Of a DNA stretch of 64,000 nucleotides, positions 10,886 to 21,959 are shown piece by piece (positions within the stretch are counted from its first letter, which is position 1; each line of letters opens with the position of its first letter). The stretch is from positions 1,613,676 to 1,677,675 of the forward strand of contig BCGN01000004.1 in the NCBI GenBank assembly GCA_001599295.1, given 5' to 3'. A program made the translations under genes and the position numbers. The notes under the pieces were generated by a model. That model was given only the letters and a program-made list of their open reading frames with translations, did not search any database and had not been told where the DNA came from. The DNA is from Sporopachydermia quercuum. Lineage: Eukaryota.

Positions 10886-12508
10886 TTATCCATCTTCTCC
10901 CTCTCCATCTTCTCCCTCTCCATCTTCTCCCTCTCCATCTTCTCCCTCTCCATCTTCTCCCTCTCCATCTTCTCCCTCTCCATCTTCTTCCACTTCTTCA
11001 TCGTAATCGTACATCCGTCTGCTGTCTTTTCTCTTTTTTCTCCCAGAGTAATCCTCTACAATCTCCTCAACCTCAACTTCACTCTTAGACATAGCATTCA
11101 TCAACATGTCATTATATCCTAAGCTCTTCCCATCTATAGTTTCTCTTTCTGCTAATTTTTCACTAATGCTCCTTACAATATGTCCATCCGTCGTTTCCTT
11201 TTCTTCCCGATCTTCTTCTTGCTCTTCCTTCAATTCGTCAGGCTTGATATAATTGGGAGTATCAAAATCAATATCTAACCATTCAGATATAACAGAAGTC
11301 AATGGTCTACCATCATTATTAGTGACAACTTCGTCTATTATACTTGTGGGAACAAAAGACCTACCCAAGTACGATTTGATCTTCAAATACACATAAATGC
11401 CTTCTATCAATAGAGATGTGTCGTCTGGGTGTGGAGAATCGCCAGAAAACATTGCATGTGTCATATGGACAGGAGCTATAAACAACTCATGGGTTAATTT
11501 GTAGTAATCTTCAAAGTTCAAAACACCCTGACCCTCGCTATCGAATTTATTGAACACTTTTGTCTGGAAATAGTTATAAGGTGGAGATATGTATACACCG
11601 GCCATTGTGCAGAATCGTTTCTGAGATATACCAAATGGAATAAAAGGGGCTGANTTATAGAACTCACCATGTTGTAGTACAACATCTGCTACTGATATAA
11701 ATTGGACATACAAATCATATATCTTTCTTGGGGTTGATTGTTTGTGTTTCATCAGCCTTTGGATTAAGTCATCAGGCAGATGAGTAACAACACGTCGCTT
11801 TATTATTCCTGTTTCACCAGGCTTACATTCGTCATTAGTATATTCGTTGAACTCTAATGTGCAATTGTAGGCATCAAGTCTGTTAGGTTGTATGCTGAAC
11901 CTGGGATCAATAGTTATGGGTATAGTAGTAGAAGGAATAACCCATTTCGGTGAGATGGCTATGGGAACCGGAATCTGGAAACATTGAAGGATATGAAAAG
12001 GATCATGTCTATCGAGAGACTCGCAAAGTTCACATAGATCATAGTCAACGCAATGAATACATCTATATCTTTTGCCTGATATAGGTGATATGCCACAAGC
12101 ACTACAGGAGATTCCGTTATGTTGTTTTCTTGTCCTATTTGTTTCATCAGATGCTACTTGATAGCTCATTCTTGCTACTTCACTGCTGACTGATAAATCA
12201 GCAGTAAGTTTAACCAAGTTCTTTCTGTAGTCTATGTCGCAGGTGCGTACGAAAAGGGAAGAGTACACTGTCTTTAGGCACTCTTCGATGCTTAGAGATT
12301 GTAAGTCATTGAATGCGTATTTAAGTGAGCTGTCAGCAGATCTGTTGCCTTTTGAACGATTATATCGGTTTATCCTCCTTCTGCTGTATTGATAATCAAT
12401 GCAGAACCTTGTAAGCTGATATGAGAGATCTATAGTCAGAATGCTTACCCCAGTCAATAGCAGAGCTGATTTTACATTATCTGAGGAGTCAATTGATAGC
12501 CATTTCAT
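10886..12508 (-). CDS. ZZ-type zinc finger / EF-hand protein with N-terminal hydrophobic anchor and acidic repeat tail
   Basis: ZZ motif HNGISCSACGISPISGKRYRCIHCVDYDLCELCE...H...H; EF-hand-like FDSEGQGVLNFEDY; hydrophobic ALLLTGVSILTI near the N-terminus. Confidence 0.8.
   Translation of the reverse strand: MKWLSIDSSDNVKSALLLTGVSILTIDLSYQLTRFCIDYQYSRRRINRYNRSKGNRSADSSLKYAFNDLQSLSIEECLKTVYSSLFVRTCDIDYRKNLVKLTADLSVSSEVARMSYQVASDETNRTRKQHNGISCSACGISPISGKRYRCIHCVDYDLCELCESLDRHDPFHILQCFQIPVPIAISPKWVIPSTTIPITIDPRFSIQPNRLDAYNCTLEFNEYTNDECKPGETGIIKRRVVTHLPDDLIQRLMKHKQSTPRKIYDLYVQFISVADVVLQHGEFYXSAPFIPFGISQKRFCTMAGVYISPPYNYFQTKVFNKFDSEGQGVLNFEDYYKLTHELFIAPVHMTHAMFSGDSPHPDDTSLLIEGIYVYLKIKSYLGRSFVPTSIIDEVVTNNDGRPLTSVISEWLDIDFDTPNYIKPDELKEEQEEDREEKETTDGHIVRSISEKLAERETIDGKSLGYNDMLMNAMSKSEVEVEEIVEDYSGRKKRKDSRRMYDYDEEVEEDGEGEDGEGEDGEGEDGEGEDGEGEDGEGEDG
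10889..10988. repeat. 15-bp coding minisatellite (CATCTTCTCCCTCTC) x6 plus a partial copy, encoding (GEGED)n
   Basis: Perfect units start at 10891, 10906, 10921, 10936, 10951 and 10966. Confidence 0.95.
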
Positions 12509-12849
12509 TGTTAGGCTTGTAGGAGGTTTGAGATTTATCTGAGGAGTTTAGAACTTAGAAAAAAAAAAGCAAGATTCACATAGTTTTCACCAGAAAAAAT
12601 TCGGCAGTATTAACGATAGAATACTTTTCATCCGACCGTCTATTAAACTGCTATATTGTACGTCCTACATGTTCATCTTATAATAAATAATCAATAGTTA
12701 TAAAACACTTCACAGGTACTCAACAACAGAACCCCATTTATTTGTGTATCATGTAATCAGCAAAGAGATCTGTCAGTCTCTTTGCTGTAGTACATGTGAC
12801 ACTTGCTCATGTATGATTATGCATTCATCTGCAGACAAAATCTCCGCAG

Positions 12850-12857
12850 CCGGGTAA
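12850..12857 (+). promoter_or_regulatory. Reb1-type site CCGGGTAA in the divergent ZZ-gene/ERV14 promoter
   Basis: Exact motif match between two divergently oriented genes. Confidence 0.45.
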
Positions 12858-13320
12858 TCCTTATTCATATTCGGCATTAAATGTCCCAATCATCTATTTC
12901 CAGTAAAAGCGTATCACAGCGACTACCATAATAAAGTTAGTTAGTAACATTAATTGAATGTGAAGGTGTAATATGACGATGGAAGAAACAAACTGTTGAA
13001 AGGTTTTCATTGTTGTCGCCTGATATGAGATTGGATGGCTTAATGAGTGAAGGATTGCATGAACACCAGGCAAAATTGAATAGATCAAGTGTTTAATGTG
13101 GAAGAGAGATATCAAAGGTTATAAAGATAAATAACAAGGATAAATATTGTGCTGTGAAGTGAGACGAGAGAGTCAAACTAAAGGATAGATAGTTGATAAA
13201 CAAAAGGATCAACAACTAAAAAGATTGTTTTGAATTTGGATATTGAATTCAACGAGTTACTGCAAACTTGTGTTATTAATTGCTGGTGATAGCTAGATTA
13301 TACTACAACATCTGATTAGA

Positions 13321-13933
13321 ATGAGTGGCGAGTCTTTGTAAGTAGTTATAGTCTTTGCAGGAGGTGTGTGAAGAAGTGACGAGAAGAAGACGAAGATGAA
13401 AATAAAATTGAAGCAGGGTCTGTCGCCAAGTGAATCGTTATCAGAATGAGAATGAATAATTGATATTTTCCTTGTATACTTACAGCTCAAGAATATATAT
13501 GGAGATTACCTGTGATACTAACAAAACAATTGCTAGACTTTTCATTGGAGCTGTTATCATAAACGCAGCCAACTTGTTTTTACAAGTTTTCTTCACTATC
13601 ATGTATAGTGATTTAGAATGCGATTATATAAATCCTATTGATCTGTGCAACAAACTAAATTTCTATATTTTGCCAGAAGCAGGAATCCATGCATTCTTGA
13701 CGTTATTGTTTTTGATTAATGGATACTGGTTTTCATTCTTATTGAATTTACCGGTATTAGCATTTAATGCCAATAAGATATACACCAATACTCATCTTCT
13801 AGATGCCACAGAGATTTTCAGAACTCTCAATAAGCATAAGAAGGAAAGTTTTGCGAAGTTGGGTTTCCATTTGTTGATGTTCTTCTATTACCTCTACTCT
13901 ATGATTATGGCTTTAATCAGAGATGATGAATAG
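13321..13933 (+). CDS. ERV14: Cornichon-family COPII cargo receptor; exons 13321-13337 and 13537-13933
   Basis: Spliced [47 protein letters not shown]...[11 protein letters not shown]; intron 13338-13536 with GTAAGT, TACTAAC (13516-13522) and TAG. Confidence 0.95.
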
Positions 13934-14125
13934 ACGAGAGACATGCGATGCGTTAAATGTGTGATGTACTATTATGGAGTTTATTCATTTTGATGTTATA
14001 ATACGATTCTGGAATAAAGACATTCAAACTATTACCACTACAAACAACTGTTTTGTTGCATTTGGTACTATATCATATCAACATTATTATCTTATACTAA
14101 TATATTATACTAAAATGTGATCATA

Positions 14126-15379
14126 TCATAACATTTTATTTAGTTTCTGAAGTGTTTTAACCAACGACTGTATATTTTCTTGACCTCCAAATGAACCTAT
14201 AACAGGTTGTAGTTTTTTATAGAGCTCCAGTACTTGTCGAACCGATAGTTCCTCTTCAGTTGATACTTCATTTTCGGCTCTGGCTTCTGCACCCTCATCA
14301 TCTTCATCATAAAGAGTATTCATAATATCTGTTACATCTTCCAAAGATACATAACTACTCTTTTCTTCTTGCTGTTCTAACCTTGTCAATTCGATTTCTT
14401 TCAAACAATCAGTCCTTTGTTTCCTGATTTTATATAGTTCTTCTCTCAGGGAAGCTTTATGGCGTACTCCTCGTTTAATTGATTGATGTAATTCATTATT
14501 AGTAAAGTGTAAATCAAGTAGCTTAATCAAATGTGATACTAAAACTGAGTGGAAAGCTGATATTAAGGGAGCGAAAACAGTTCGAGGCTGAGAGGTGAGT
14601 TGTTCATGAAAGATTTGAATGAGTATGTCTAAAGGTGTAGCTCGCGCTGGGGTATTCGCTAATCTTCGAAGGGAAACATTTAATGTCTTGTTTATTTGAT
14701 TTTGTTTGGAGATTTTCCCCAATGACTTTCCACCTGTTTGTATCTTTCGGGTAGCTAAGTTGTTTCTCTGTTTGCCTGTTATCTCTGTTGTATCTTCTTC
14801 TTCCTCTTCTTCGTCAGAGGTCTGTAAAAGTCTCATATTCTCTTCCGCATCTTCTTCTTCTTCTTGGTCTTCATCTTCGACCTGTTCCTCTTCTTCATTG
14901 TTCCACTCGTTTGCGATTTTGTTATTTCGTTGTATATCACTTTTCCTAGTCTTCTCTCTCAAACTTATCCTCGACTCATGATTTTCTTTATTTTTCTTGT
15001 CAGATTTTCTTAATCGTTCTGGGTTTGATTCTGATTCTGATTCTGACTCTGACTCTGATTCTGATTCTGATTCTGATTCTGATTGAATCATCCTTCGTCG
15101 TGATGGACTTGATCGACTCTTCAGTTGTGTTGGAGTTCTGGCTCGCTGTTCCAAAACACTCTTCGGTGTTCTGGAAGATGTTTTAGAAACATCTCGTGTT
15201 GGTTTCCCGTTGTTCAGTTTAGCTTGTGCTAGTGTTCGTCTAAGAGTTTGTTTTGGGCTATATGTCATTGACCTTTTGGGTGTCTGTTTCCGCTGAATTG
15301 CAAACGGACTAGCTTGAACAGTGCGAAGACCAGCTCCGCGTTTTCTTGTTGCCAAACGCACTTCCCTGTCCATTTTCAA
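14126..15379 (-). CDS. AME1: Probable CENP-U/Ame1-like inner kinetochore protein
   Basis: Basic then acidic disordered N-terminus, followed by TPLDILIQIF...LLDLHFTNNELHQSIKRGVRHKASLREELYKIRKQR coiled coil resembling the CENP-U domain. Confidence 0.6.
   Translation of the reverse strand: MKMDREVRLATRKRGAGLRTVQASPFAIQRKQTPKRSMTYSPKQTLRRTLAQAKLNNGKPTRDVSKTSSRTPKSVLEQRARTPTQLKSRSSPSRRRMIQSESESESESESESESESESNPERLRKSDKKNKENHESRISLREKTRKSDIQRNNKIANEWNNEEEEQVEDEDQEEEEDAEENMRLLQTSDEEEEEEDTTEITGKQRNNLATRKIQTGGKSLGKISKQNQINKTLNVSLRRLANTPARATPLDILIQIFHEQLTSQPRTVFAPLISAFHSVLVSHLIKLLDLHFTNNELHQSIKRGVRHKASLREELYKIRKQRTDCLKEIELTRLEQQEEKSSYVSLEDVTDIMNTLYDEDDEGAEARAENEVSTEEELSVRQVLELYKKLQPVIGSFGGQENIQSLVKTLQKLNKML
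15026..15084. repeat. 6-bp coding tandem repeat (TGATTC/TGACTC)n encoding (ES)n
   Basis: About 10 copies within the AME1-like ORF. Confidence 0.9.
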
Positions 15380-15599
15380 TTGATTATAATAGATCCGGTG
15401 AATATAACGCTGCTGGTTGGTATTTCTTTAAGGGAACTGGAAAATATGATGTTCTATGTTGTAATGATACTTCTTAATCCAAATGAAGACGTGTTTGCTG
15501 GGTTTGTAAAAAGGAACAGATGGTTATGCATCAATATGCCTGAAAATGCGGAAACATAAAGTCTAAGCAGAGATATGTAGATGAATATGATTTAAGATT

Positions 15600-17115
15600 A
15601 GAGAACTAGAAGCTCATTAAGATTTCAAAGTTCATAGTGGAATCAATAGAAATGGGAATTCCTTGATATAGCTTCTTTATAAAGCTGAGATATTTATCAA
15701 ATGATTAAGCGATTGTTGTTGAAAGGAATTAGTAAAACTCAGTTTAATTTATTGGGATTTTAGATTACTTGGTAGAGATCCTTAGGTGGGCGAACTTAGT
15801 AAATAGTAATTAATGGAGAAAACTAAGAGAACAGAAGCATATTTGGACCAAACTATAGGAATGTTGCTTTATTGATATCTATTGAAGTTTTTGTTGTGAA
15901 ACTAGACCATACACTAGCTATAGTAACGAAAGTAAAAGACTCATCGTACTTTTCAGGTTGCTAAAATGAATATGGTATTCGAACGACTGCTTGTAAAAGA
16001 GAAAGAACAAGCATACATCCAGTTAAAGCAATTAATCTTTGCATATGTATTGGAAATTCCACTTCNCAGTAAAATGATATGTCTCCACACTTTATAGAGN
16101 ATTAGCANTAAATCATTTTGATTTCATTATAAAATAACTAGGACGCAAAGATTCCGTTTAATGCAGTCAAATTTTGGCCTTTATGCCTTNAATCTTAGTA
16201 ATAGTTTTCGGACTTGAAAATAGAGTAAACTTCTACGTCCGCTGCACTACTGTATTGCACCAATCGTACAAGGTCCAACTGCTTACTCGTACCAATCGCA
16301 CGCAATTCATTTAGTTGCTTCCATTTATATATAAACACCAAGCAATTTATAATACTGGCAGTAGAAAAATCAGATCACTGAAACCACACATTCAAAACCT
16401 CCCATTTTAGTTACCACTCTATTCATTTTTACTCATCATCCATATCTCGCATAAGACCAAATAAACTTCAGCCAATATGTGTCCTTATGCAACTCATCTC
16501 TTAACAACGTAGTCCTTTCCTTTTAAGGGAAATTGATAGGCCCAGATTTGGATCCTGCAGCATTTCTGTCAAACCTTATCTCTTGATTTTCTAAATTGCA
16601 TCATGCAACATGAATCCAATCTCACTTAACTATGTATATTTCTAAACCATATATTCCCTTTCGAGCCAACTGTATGCACCTATATGCAAACTAGTGAGAT
16701 TAAAGTTAAGGTCTCGCTCTAAGTCTTAATCATCATCTTCCCACAGAAAGTTCTTTATCATCCATTCGTCAAAAGGCGTAGTGATGCTTTGATCATGAAC
16801 TAAAGATGATCAATAGGATAAAAGTACCACAGTGCTTCATTGCCAGTTTATTGTTTTCATGGAGATCCGAACAGACGTATAGAAGATCTTTGTATTCAAC
16901 ACAACGTGGTTGTCTTGTTTAATCAAAGTTCTGTCCCCTTTGTCCTTTAAGATATCTCATTTGGTGGTCACCTAAAAGGATCTATGAACAGGAGGCAAAG
17001 CTAAGTATCAAACAATTGATAGAGATCAGATTTTCAACAAACTTATTGTAAAACCTGCCCAGTATTTGGCTAGGATACCATTACGAATAATCAAAGCTTG
17101 TTGATTTACTTAATT
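15600..17115 (+). mobile_element. Long degenerate Ty3/gypsy pol relic (RT thumb, RNase H, integrase)
   Basis: FIGILDYL...KHIWTKL*ECCF (15748-; cf. FLGLVNYY...FEWT..CE.AF), DHTLAIVTKVKDSSYFSGC (DSS at 15938; cf. TDAS..AIG), HPVKAI...NSTSQ*NDM, HFDFIIK*LGRK (cf. YDF.IKY..GK), CFIASL, SPKRIY, GYHYE*SKLVDLLN (17073-; cf. AYHPQ.DG.VERLN). Confidence 0.72.
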
Positions 17116-17645
17116 TTGATTGCCGTCGATTTAATCTTCTNTGATTTCCTGGAAAAGANTTTGATCTGTTCAGCCCGTGATCAAATGCAATCAAGCAGGT
17201 GATAATTTTTGTTGTTTGTTTTTTACTTCACAGTTTTATTGTTTGGGATAAGAAAAAGTTTCGCTATTATATAAAGTCAATGTCGGTGGAAACTATTCAT
17301 TAGTTGGAGTCTTTTTCTGGTTTGTTTCATCTTTTATTGCCACAGTGATTTGTCTCTTGATTTTTTTTGTTTCATTGTTACAATTGTTGATTGAGTGTTG
17401 GTTGATAGTTTTGTTTGAATTAAGCTGCTGAAGGAAATGTTAAGGAGTTCAACGTTTATTTGAATTATTTGGGATTAAGTCTGGATTGTTTCGCAAGTCT
17501 TGGTGTTTTGATTTATTTNGGCAATTTATTTGATTTCAGTTAATTAGTTTATTTTTGTGGGGTTTCCAGATTTCAATATCCAATTGTGAGAGTGAAACCA
17601 GAAGTTGATCAGATTCTATTCCATGAGATCATAAAAAGAAAGAAT

Positions 17646-19064
17646 ATGTCTACAATTCATGAAAATATTGAGGGATTAGGGGAAACCAAGAGCCAAGCAG
17701 GGTTAACTGCTGACACTTCCTCCCAAGTGAATGACAACAGTATGTTAAGCAATGATTCCCTATCTCATTCTATACANGAAACTGCTAGTTCAAGTATAGG
17801 TTCGAATATGAATGAAGGTATTCCTATGAATGTAGTCAATTCACAAGGCATTCCACTATCACATGTTGCTTTGAACAATAACCAATCTGGTATTCAGGGC
17901 TCTGGGCAAATTCAAGTACCAGGCNCAGGCCCTGCTCCAGGTTCAATGGAGTATGGTGCAGGTCCTTCACTTACTCCTACAGCAACGTTTTTCGCCCCAC
18001 AGCCCATTATTCAACAGTTGGCTATTACTTCGTCCAATGAGCCGAAAACTACTCTTTGGATGGGTGGTCTAGATCCTTGGATTGACGAAACGAAGATACA
18101 AGCCATTTGGCAGCATTTAGGAGAAATAGTTCAGGTGAAAATGATAAAGGAAAAGTACACGGGGGCTAATGTTGGCTATTGTTTTATAGACTTTTCGTCT
18201 CACCAGTCAGCTTTGAAAGCATTATCCTTGAACGGTTGTACCTTTGCATCATCAGCTTTGAGTAATATCCCATTACCTAACAATCAGATTACTTTCAGAC
18301 TAAATTGGGCGACAGGTTCAGGCATAAATGATAAATCGATTGATGAACACAGTGTTCGTGAATATTCTGTGTTTGTTGGCGATTTAGCACCTGACACAAC
18401 TGAAGCCAAACTTTTCCAGTTATTTAGTTCCCAGTTTCCTAGTACAAGAACAGTGAAAATAATGATTGATCCTTCTACAGGGGCATCACGGTGTTATGGT
18501 TTCGTTAGATTTACAGATGAGAACGATCAGCAAAGGGCTTTAGTTGAGATGCAAGGTGTTTATTGCGGTTCGCGACCAATGAGGATTTCTGCTGCTACAC
18601 CTAAAACTAAAGGTCATAGCAATCCCTTGGCCCATGGAATAGTGCCTCCACCAATGCAAGGAATCCCAGGTCCTGTACCGCCAGGAAATCTACCAGGACC
18701 TCCGNCACCATCACAGACAAATATGATTCCTTATCCTTTCTATCAATCGGATTATATGCCTCAGTATGCAGATCCTAATAACACCACAGTTTTTGTTGGA
18801 GGGTTAGCACCATTTGTTACTGAACATGATCTCCGCGCTTTATTTCAAACGTATGGCGAAATAACGTATGTGAAGATTCCACAGGGTAAGGGCTGCGGAT
18901 TTGTTCAATACTTGCACAGAGGAGCAGCAGAAGCAGCTATAGCAGGAATGCACGGAGCTCAGATTGGTAATTCTCGTGTTAGACTGTCCTGGGGAAAATC
19001 AAATAGAAGGTACGACAGAATGATGGTACCTATGATAAATATGGGTTATGAATATGGAGTTTGA
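17646..19064 (+). CDS. Triple-RRM RNA-binding protein, Nam8/Ngr1 family
   Basis: TTLWMGGL...GYCFIDF...FRLNWA; YSVFVGDLAP...SRCYGFVRF...PMRISAATPK; DPNNTTVFVGGL...GKGCGFVQY...VRLSWGK. First ATG at 17646. Confidence 0.9.
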   Translation: MSTIHENIEGLGETKSQAGLTADTSSQVNDNSMLSNDSLSHSIXETASSSIGSNMNEGIPMNVVNSQGIPLSHVALNNNQSGIQGSGQIQVPGXGPAPGSMEYGAGPSLTPTATFFAPQPIIQQLAITSSNEPKTTLWMGGLDPWIDETKIQAIWQHLGEIVQVKMIKEKYTGANVGYCFIDFSSHQSALKALSLNGCTFASSALSNIPLPNNQITFRLNWATGSGINDKSIDEHSVREYSVFVGDLAPDTTEAKLFQLFSSQFPSTRTVKIMIDPSTGASRCYGFVRFTDENDQQRALVEMQGVYCGSRPMRISAATPKTKGHSNPLAHGIVPPPMQGIPGPVPPGNLPGPPXPSQTNMIPYPFYQSDYMPQYADPNNTTVFVGGLAPFVTEHDLRALFQTYGEITYVKIPQGKGCGFVQYLHRGAAEAAIAGMHGAQIGNSRVRLSWGKSNRRYDRMMVPMINMGYEYGV

Positions 19065-19288
19065 CGGTTATTCTTAATATTTTGATTATCTGTTTTTCTA
19101 CTTTTGGTAGTTTATTTCCATTTCTTTCTATCATTACCCCAGTTTTACCTTCTTCTCTTGTTCAGTATGTAATTACCCTGTTTTCATTATAGTATGGTTT
19201 AGTTATCCACATTCTTGAGTTTTGTTTTAACGCTGTAATATATCCATGTTCTGGAACATCTCGAGGTTTACCAATTGCGAAGATTTAT

Positions 19289-20209
19289 TTAATTCTGATT
19301 GCTGTTTCTCTCTGTAGATGGATACTGTGCTGCCAGCCTTTCGGGGTCAACTTCAGCCCACTCTTTATATGTGAGATTGTCAGACATTGTTTTCATCCAT
19401 TCCATTCTCGTTTTGATATCTTTTTCCTTCTTTCTTACCAACCCACGAACTTTTGCGATATTCTCCACAGCATCACCTAGATCAGGATCAAGATGGTTCG
19501 CTATGTCATCTCTAATTCTATGAGCCAGTCGGGGACCTCTACCATTGGTTGACACCATTACTTGAACTGCCCCTGTTTGATGCACAGCTCCAAAATAGAA
19601 ATCACATAAATCAGGCACATCTGCAACATTCACTGGGATTCCGTTGTATCTACAAATTAATCCAATATCTCGGGAGACTCCATGATCATCAATAGCTGTA
19701 AAGACAGCTGCATACCTTTCAGCCATTGGNTGACTTCTTATGTATTCAATATCAAGACATGCGCTAGGAGGTTCAGCGAGGAAAACATCATTGGGTTCAA
19801 AGGACCTTGCAACATGATTAACCTTTTTCTCATCAATAATTGCTTGAAGCTCATCTGTTGTGATATTAGGTGCAACTAATGTGATTATAGCCTTAGCATT
19901 CAGTAGATGTCCTACTCTTGATGTAGCAACTGCACCACCCCCAACTACGAGGACAGGTTTGTCTATCACCAGTTAGTAAATGCTCAGTAGCTACACTGGA
20001 AACATCCTTCCACTTTCATAAATTCAATTGAGTACGTTAAGTTGACTGTAGAACCAGATCTANTACCTAACCCTTAATTCCATTGTACTTCCGTATCATA
20101 TCTCATCAAATCCAGTCAAATCCAGTCAAATCATATCATATGAAACATTTCAGATCATATCCTACTTACTTTTGATCTGGAATGCAACTAATAACGAAGA
20201 CTCTGTCAT
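19289..20209 (-). CDS. MET8: Precorrin-2 dehydrogenase/ferrochelatase (siroheme synthesis); exons 20209-20170 and 19962-19289
   Basis: Spliced MTESSLLVAFQIK|NKPVLVVGGGAVA...PVNVADVPDLCDFYFG...VMVSTNGRGPRLA; intron with GTAAGT (20169), TACTAAC (19978-19972) and TAG (19963). Confidence 0.93.
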
Positions 20210-20399
20210 TCTGAACGTACGAAATTAACAGTAAAAACCCCAGGGAAACAAAAAAAAGTCCTATAACAAACTGCTACTGTCAATATTCATCCTATATCAA
20301 CCATAAATATCAATACACCTGGAAATCGAACAGCCAGCTATTCACAGGTTATTCAGTTACATAATAAGAAATCAGCAAAGGATAGTAATCCAGAAAAAG

Positions 20400-20740
20400 A
20401 ACATTTATTGATGACCTAATTCGGAACATGTCAACGCTCTGTTAGGTTGCCTGAAAGGGGAATCGACTATTTGAAGTGCCCTGCTTTTGAGTAATATCAT
20501 CTATAGTACAAAGGAAAAAATCTGACAGATAACGGGGCTGTTGTGCATCGCATTACCAATGCCTTGTTTGAATAAAGGTAAATATATTTAACTTTTTGTA
20601 TGTGATTCTTTGGTACTTGATAGAGACAGTCGAAAAGTTGGGAAGCAAGTACTAATGAGAAATTAGGTAGTAAGTTAGTAGAGTTTTGAAGAGACTTTGA
20701 TTTGGTTTTCGAGTATTGATTCCGCGATATAGTCAAATAA
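20400..20740 (-). mobile_element. Degenerate Ty3/gypsy RT relic inside the MET8/EFM3 divergent promoter
   Basis: Track ORF 20497-20736 contains LFDCLYQVP...IQKVKY...LVMRCTTAP (cf. DAFYQVP...EKTAF...LVMPFG.TNAP), followed in a shifted frame by FFLCTIDDITQ (IDDI at 20504-20493, the YxDD motif). Confidence 0.65.
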
Positions 20741-20847
20741 AGATTGTTCGAGAAGAAAGGCGGAAGGTAACGAAGCTCTATTTGAAACTTTCGTGGTGGT
20801 TATTGTGAGGTCAATATTGAAAAGAATTATTGGAACTACTATCAACG

Positions 20848-21951
20848 ATGCTCAATGCTACGGAGTTGATAGAGGTGCAAACCGAGATGAGAGTGCCGGT
20901 TAGCAGGATTAAGCTACCTAAAGTGAAAAATGTGAATCAAAGGCGGATATTTGACTTGATAGAAAAGATATCTGAACACAACAAAATATACAGCAAGAAC
21001 GTATTGAAACAGATTATCCTGAAAATGGAACAGGAAGACGTAAGTATTATCAATCGATTTTTTTTGCCAGTTCAGGTGAAAATAATGAATCTAACATTGT
21101 ACTAGGTTGAAATTGATGAAGATTTATATGAAAAGTATATTGAGATGATCTCAGGTGCTAGTAACAATAACGATGGTACTCATAATGATAGGATAAAATA
21201 TAGCTTTTTCAACGCTAGTGGCAAGAAGTACGAGGTAATAGTTGATGAGAAGCCAAATACGTTGTCAGATAGTGGTACTACAGGTCTGAGGACCTGGGAA
21301 GCATCAATTGAACTACTGCAGTACCTGTTGTCCGAGGAAATGAATGCAATCTTGCAGGTTTTGAGGAGAAACCGTGAGAATAAAGTCTCAAATGTAGTAC
21401 TTGAACTAGGTACAGGCACAGGTCTAGTAGGAATATTTTTATTGAAGTATTTTTCTGATTTGGTTGATAGACTAGTATTCACTGATCATAGTGAGGTAGT
21501 TATGCAGATGGTAAGAAAGAATTTGGAGTTGAATAAAATTCATATTGACAAGAAAGTTGAGCTACATTTGTTAGACTGGAGTAAGCATTCAATACCACCA
21601 GATGTGAATATTATCATTGGATGTGATATCACGTATGATTCTGATATTATTGTTGACCTTAGTTCACTGATAAGAAAATGGCATAAAGAGAACCTACTGA
21701 AATCATCAACTATTGGATTTATCGCTGCAACAGTAAGAAATACCGATACAATCCATAAATGGGAAAGTTTGCTGAGATCTCATTCCTCCATTTCAGTCAT
21801 CCATCAACATTCATTTGAAGCGAAAAAGAACTTGCAGCTTGACGATGAAACGTTTGCAAAGATAACTACGAAAGAACTTGTCTCCAATATTTATAATCAG
21901 CTAATCAATTCCCCAATCATAATTTACCAGATAATTAGCCGAATGGATTAA
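20848..21951 (+). CDS. EFM3: Seven-beta-strand protein-lysine methyltransferase, Efm3/FAM86-like; exons 20848-21039 and 21106-21951
   Basis: GTTGLRTWEAS, VLELGTGTGLVG, IIIGCDITYD, AATVRN; intron 21040-21105 (GTAAGT...ATCTAAC...TAG) joins two track ORFs in frame. Confidence 0.8.
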
Positions 21952-21959
21952 TCTTATAA

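Noticed and set aside
10817..11122. Plus-strand ORF with (SIFSL)n
   Set aside because: Antisense shadow of the ZZ-gene minisatellite.
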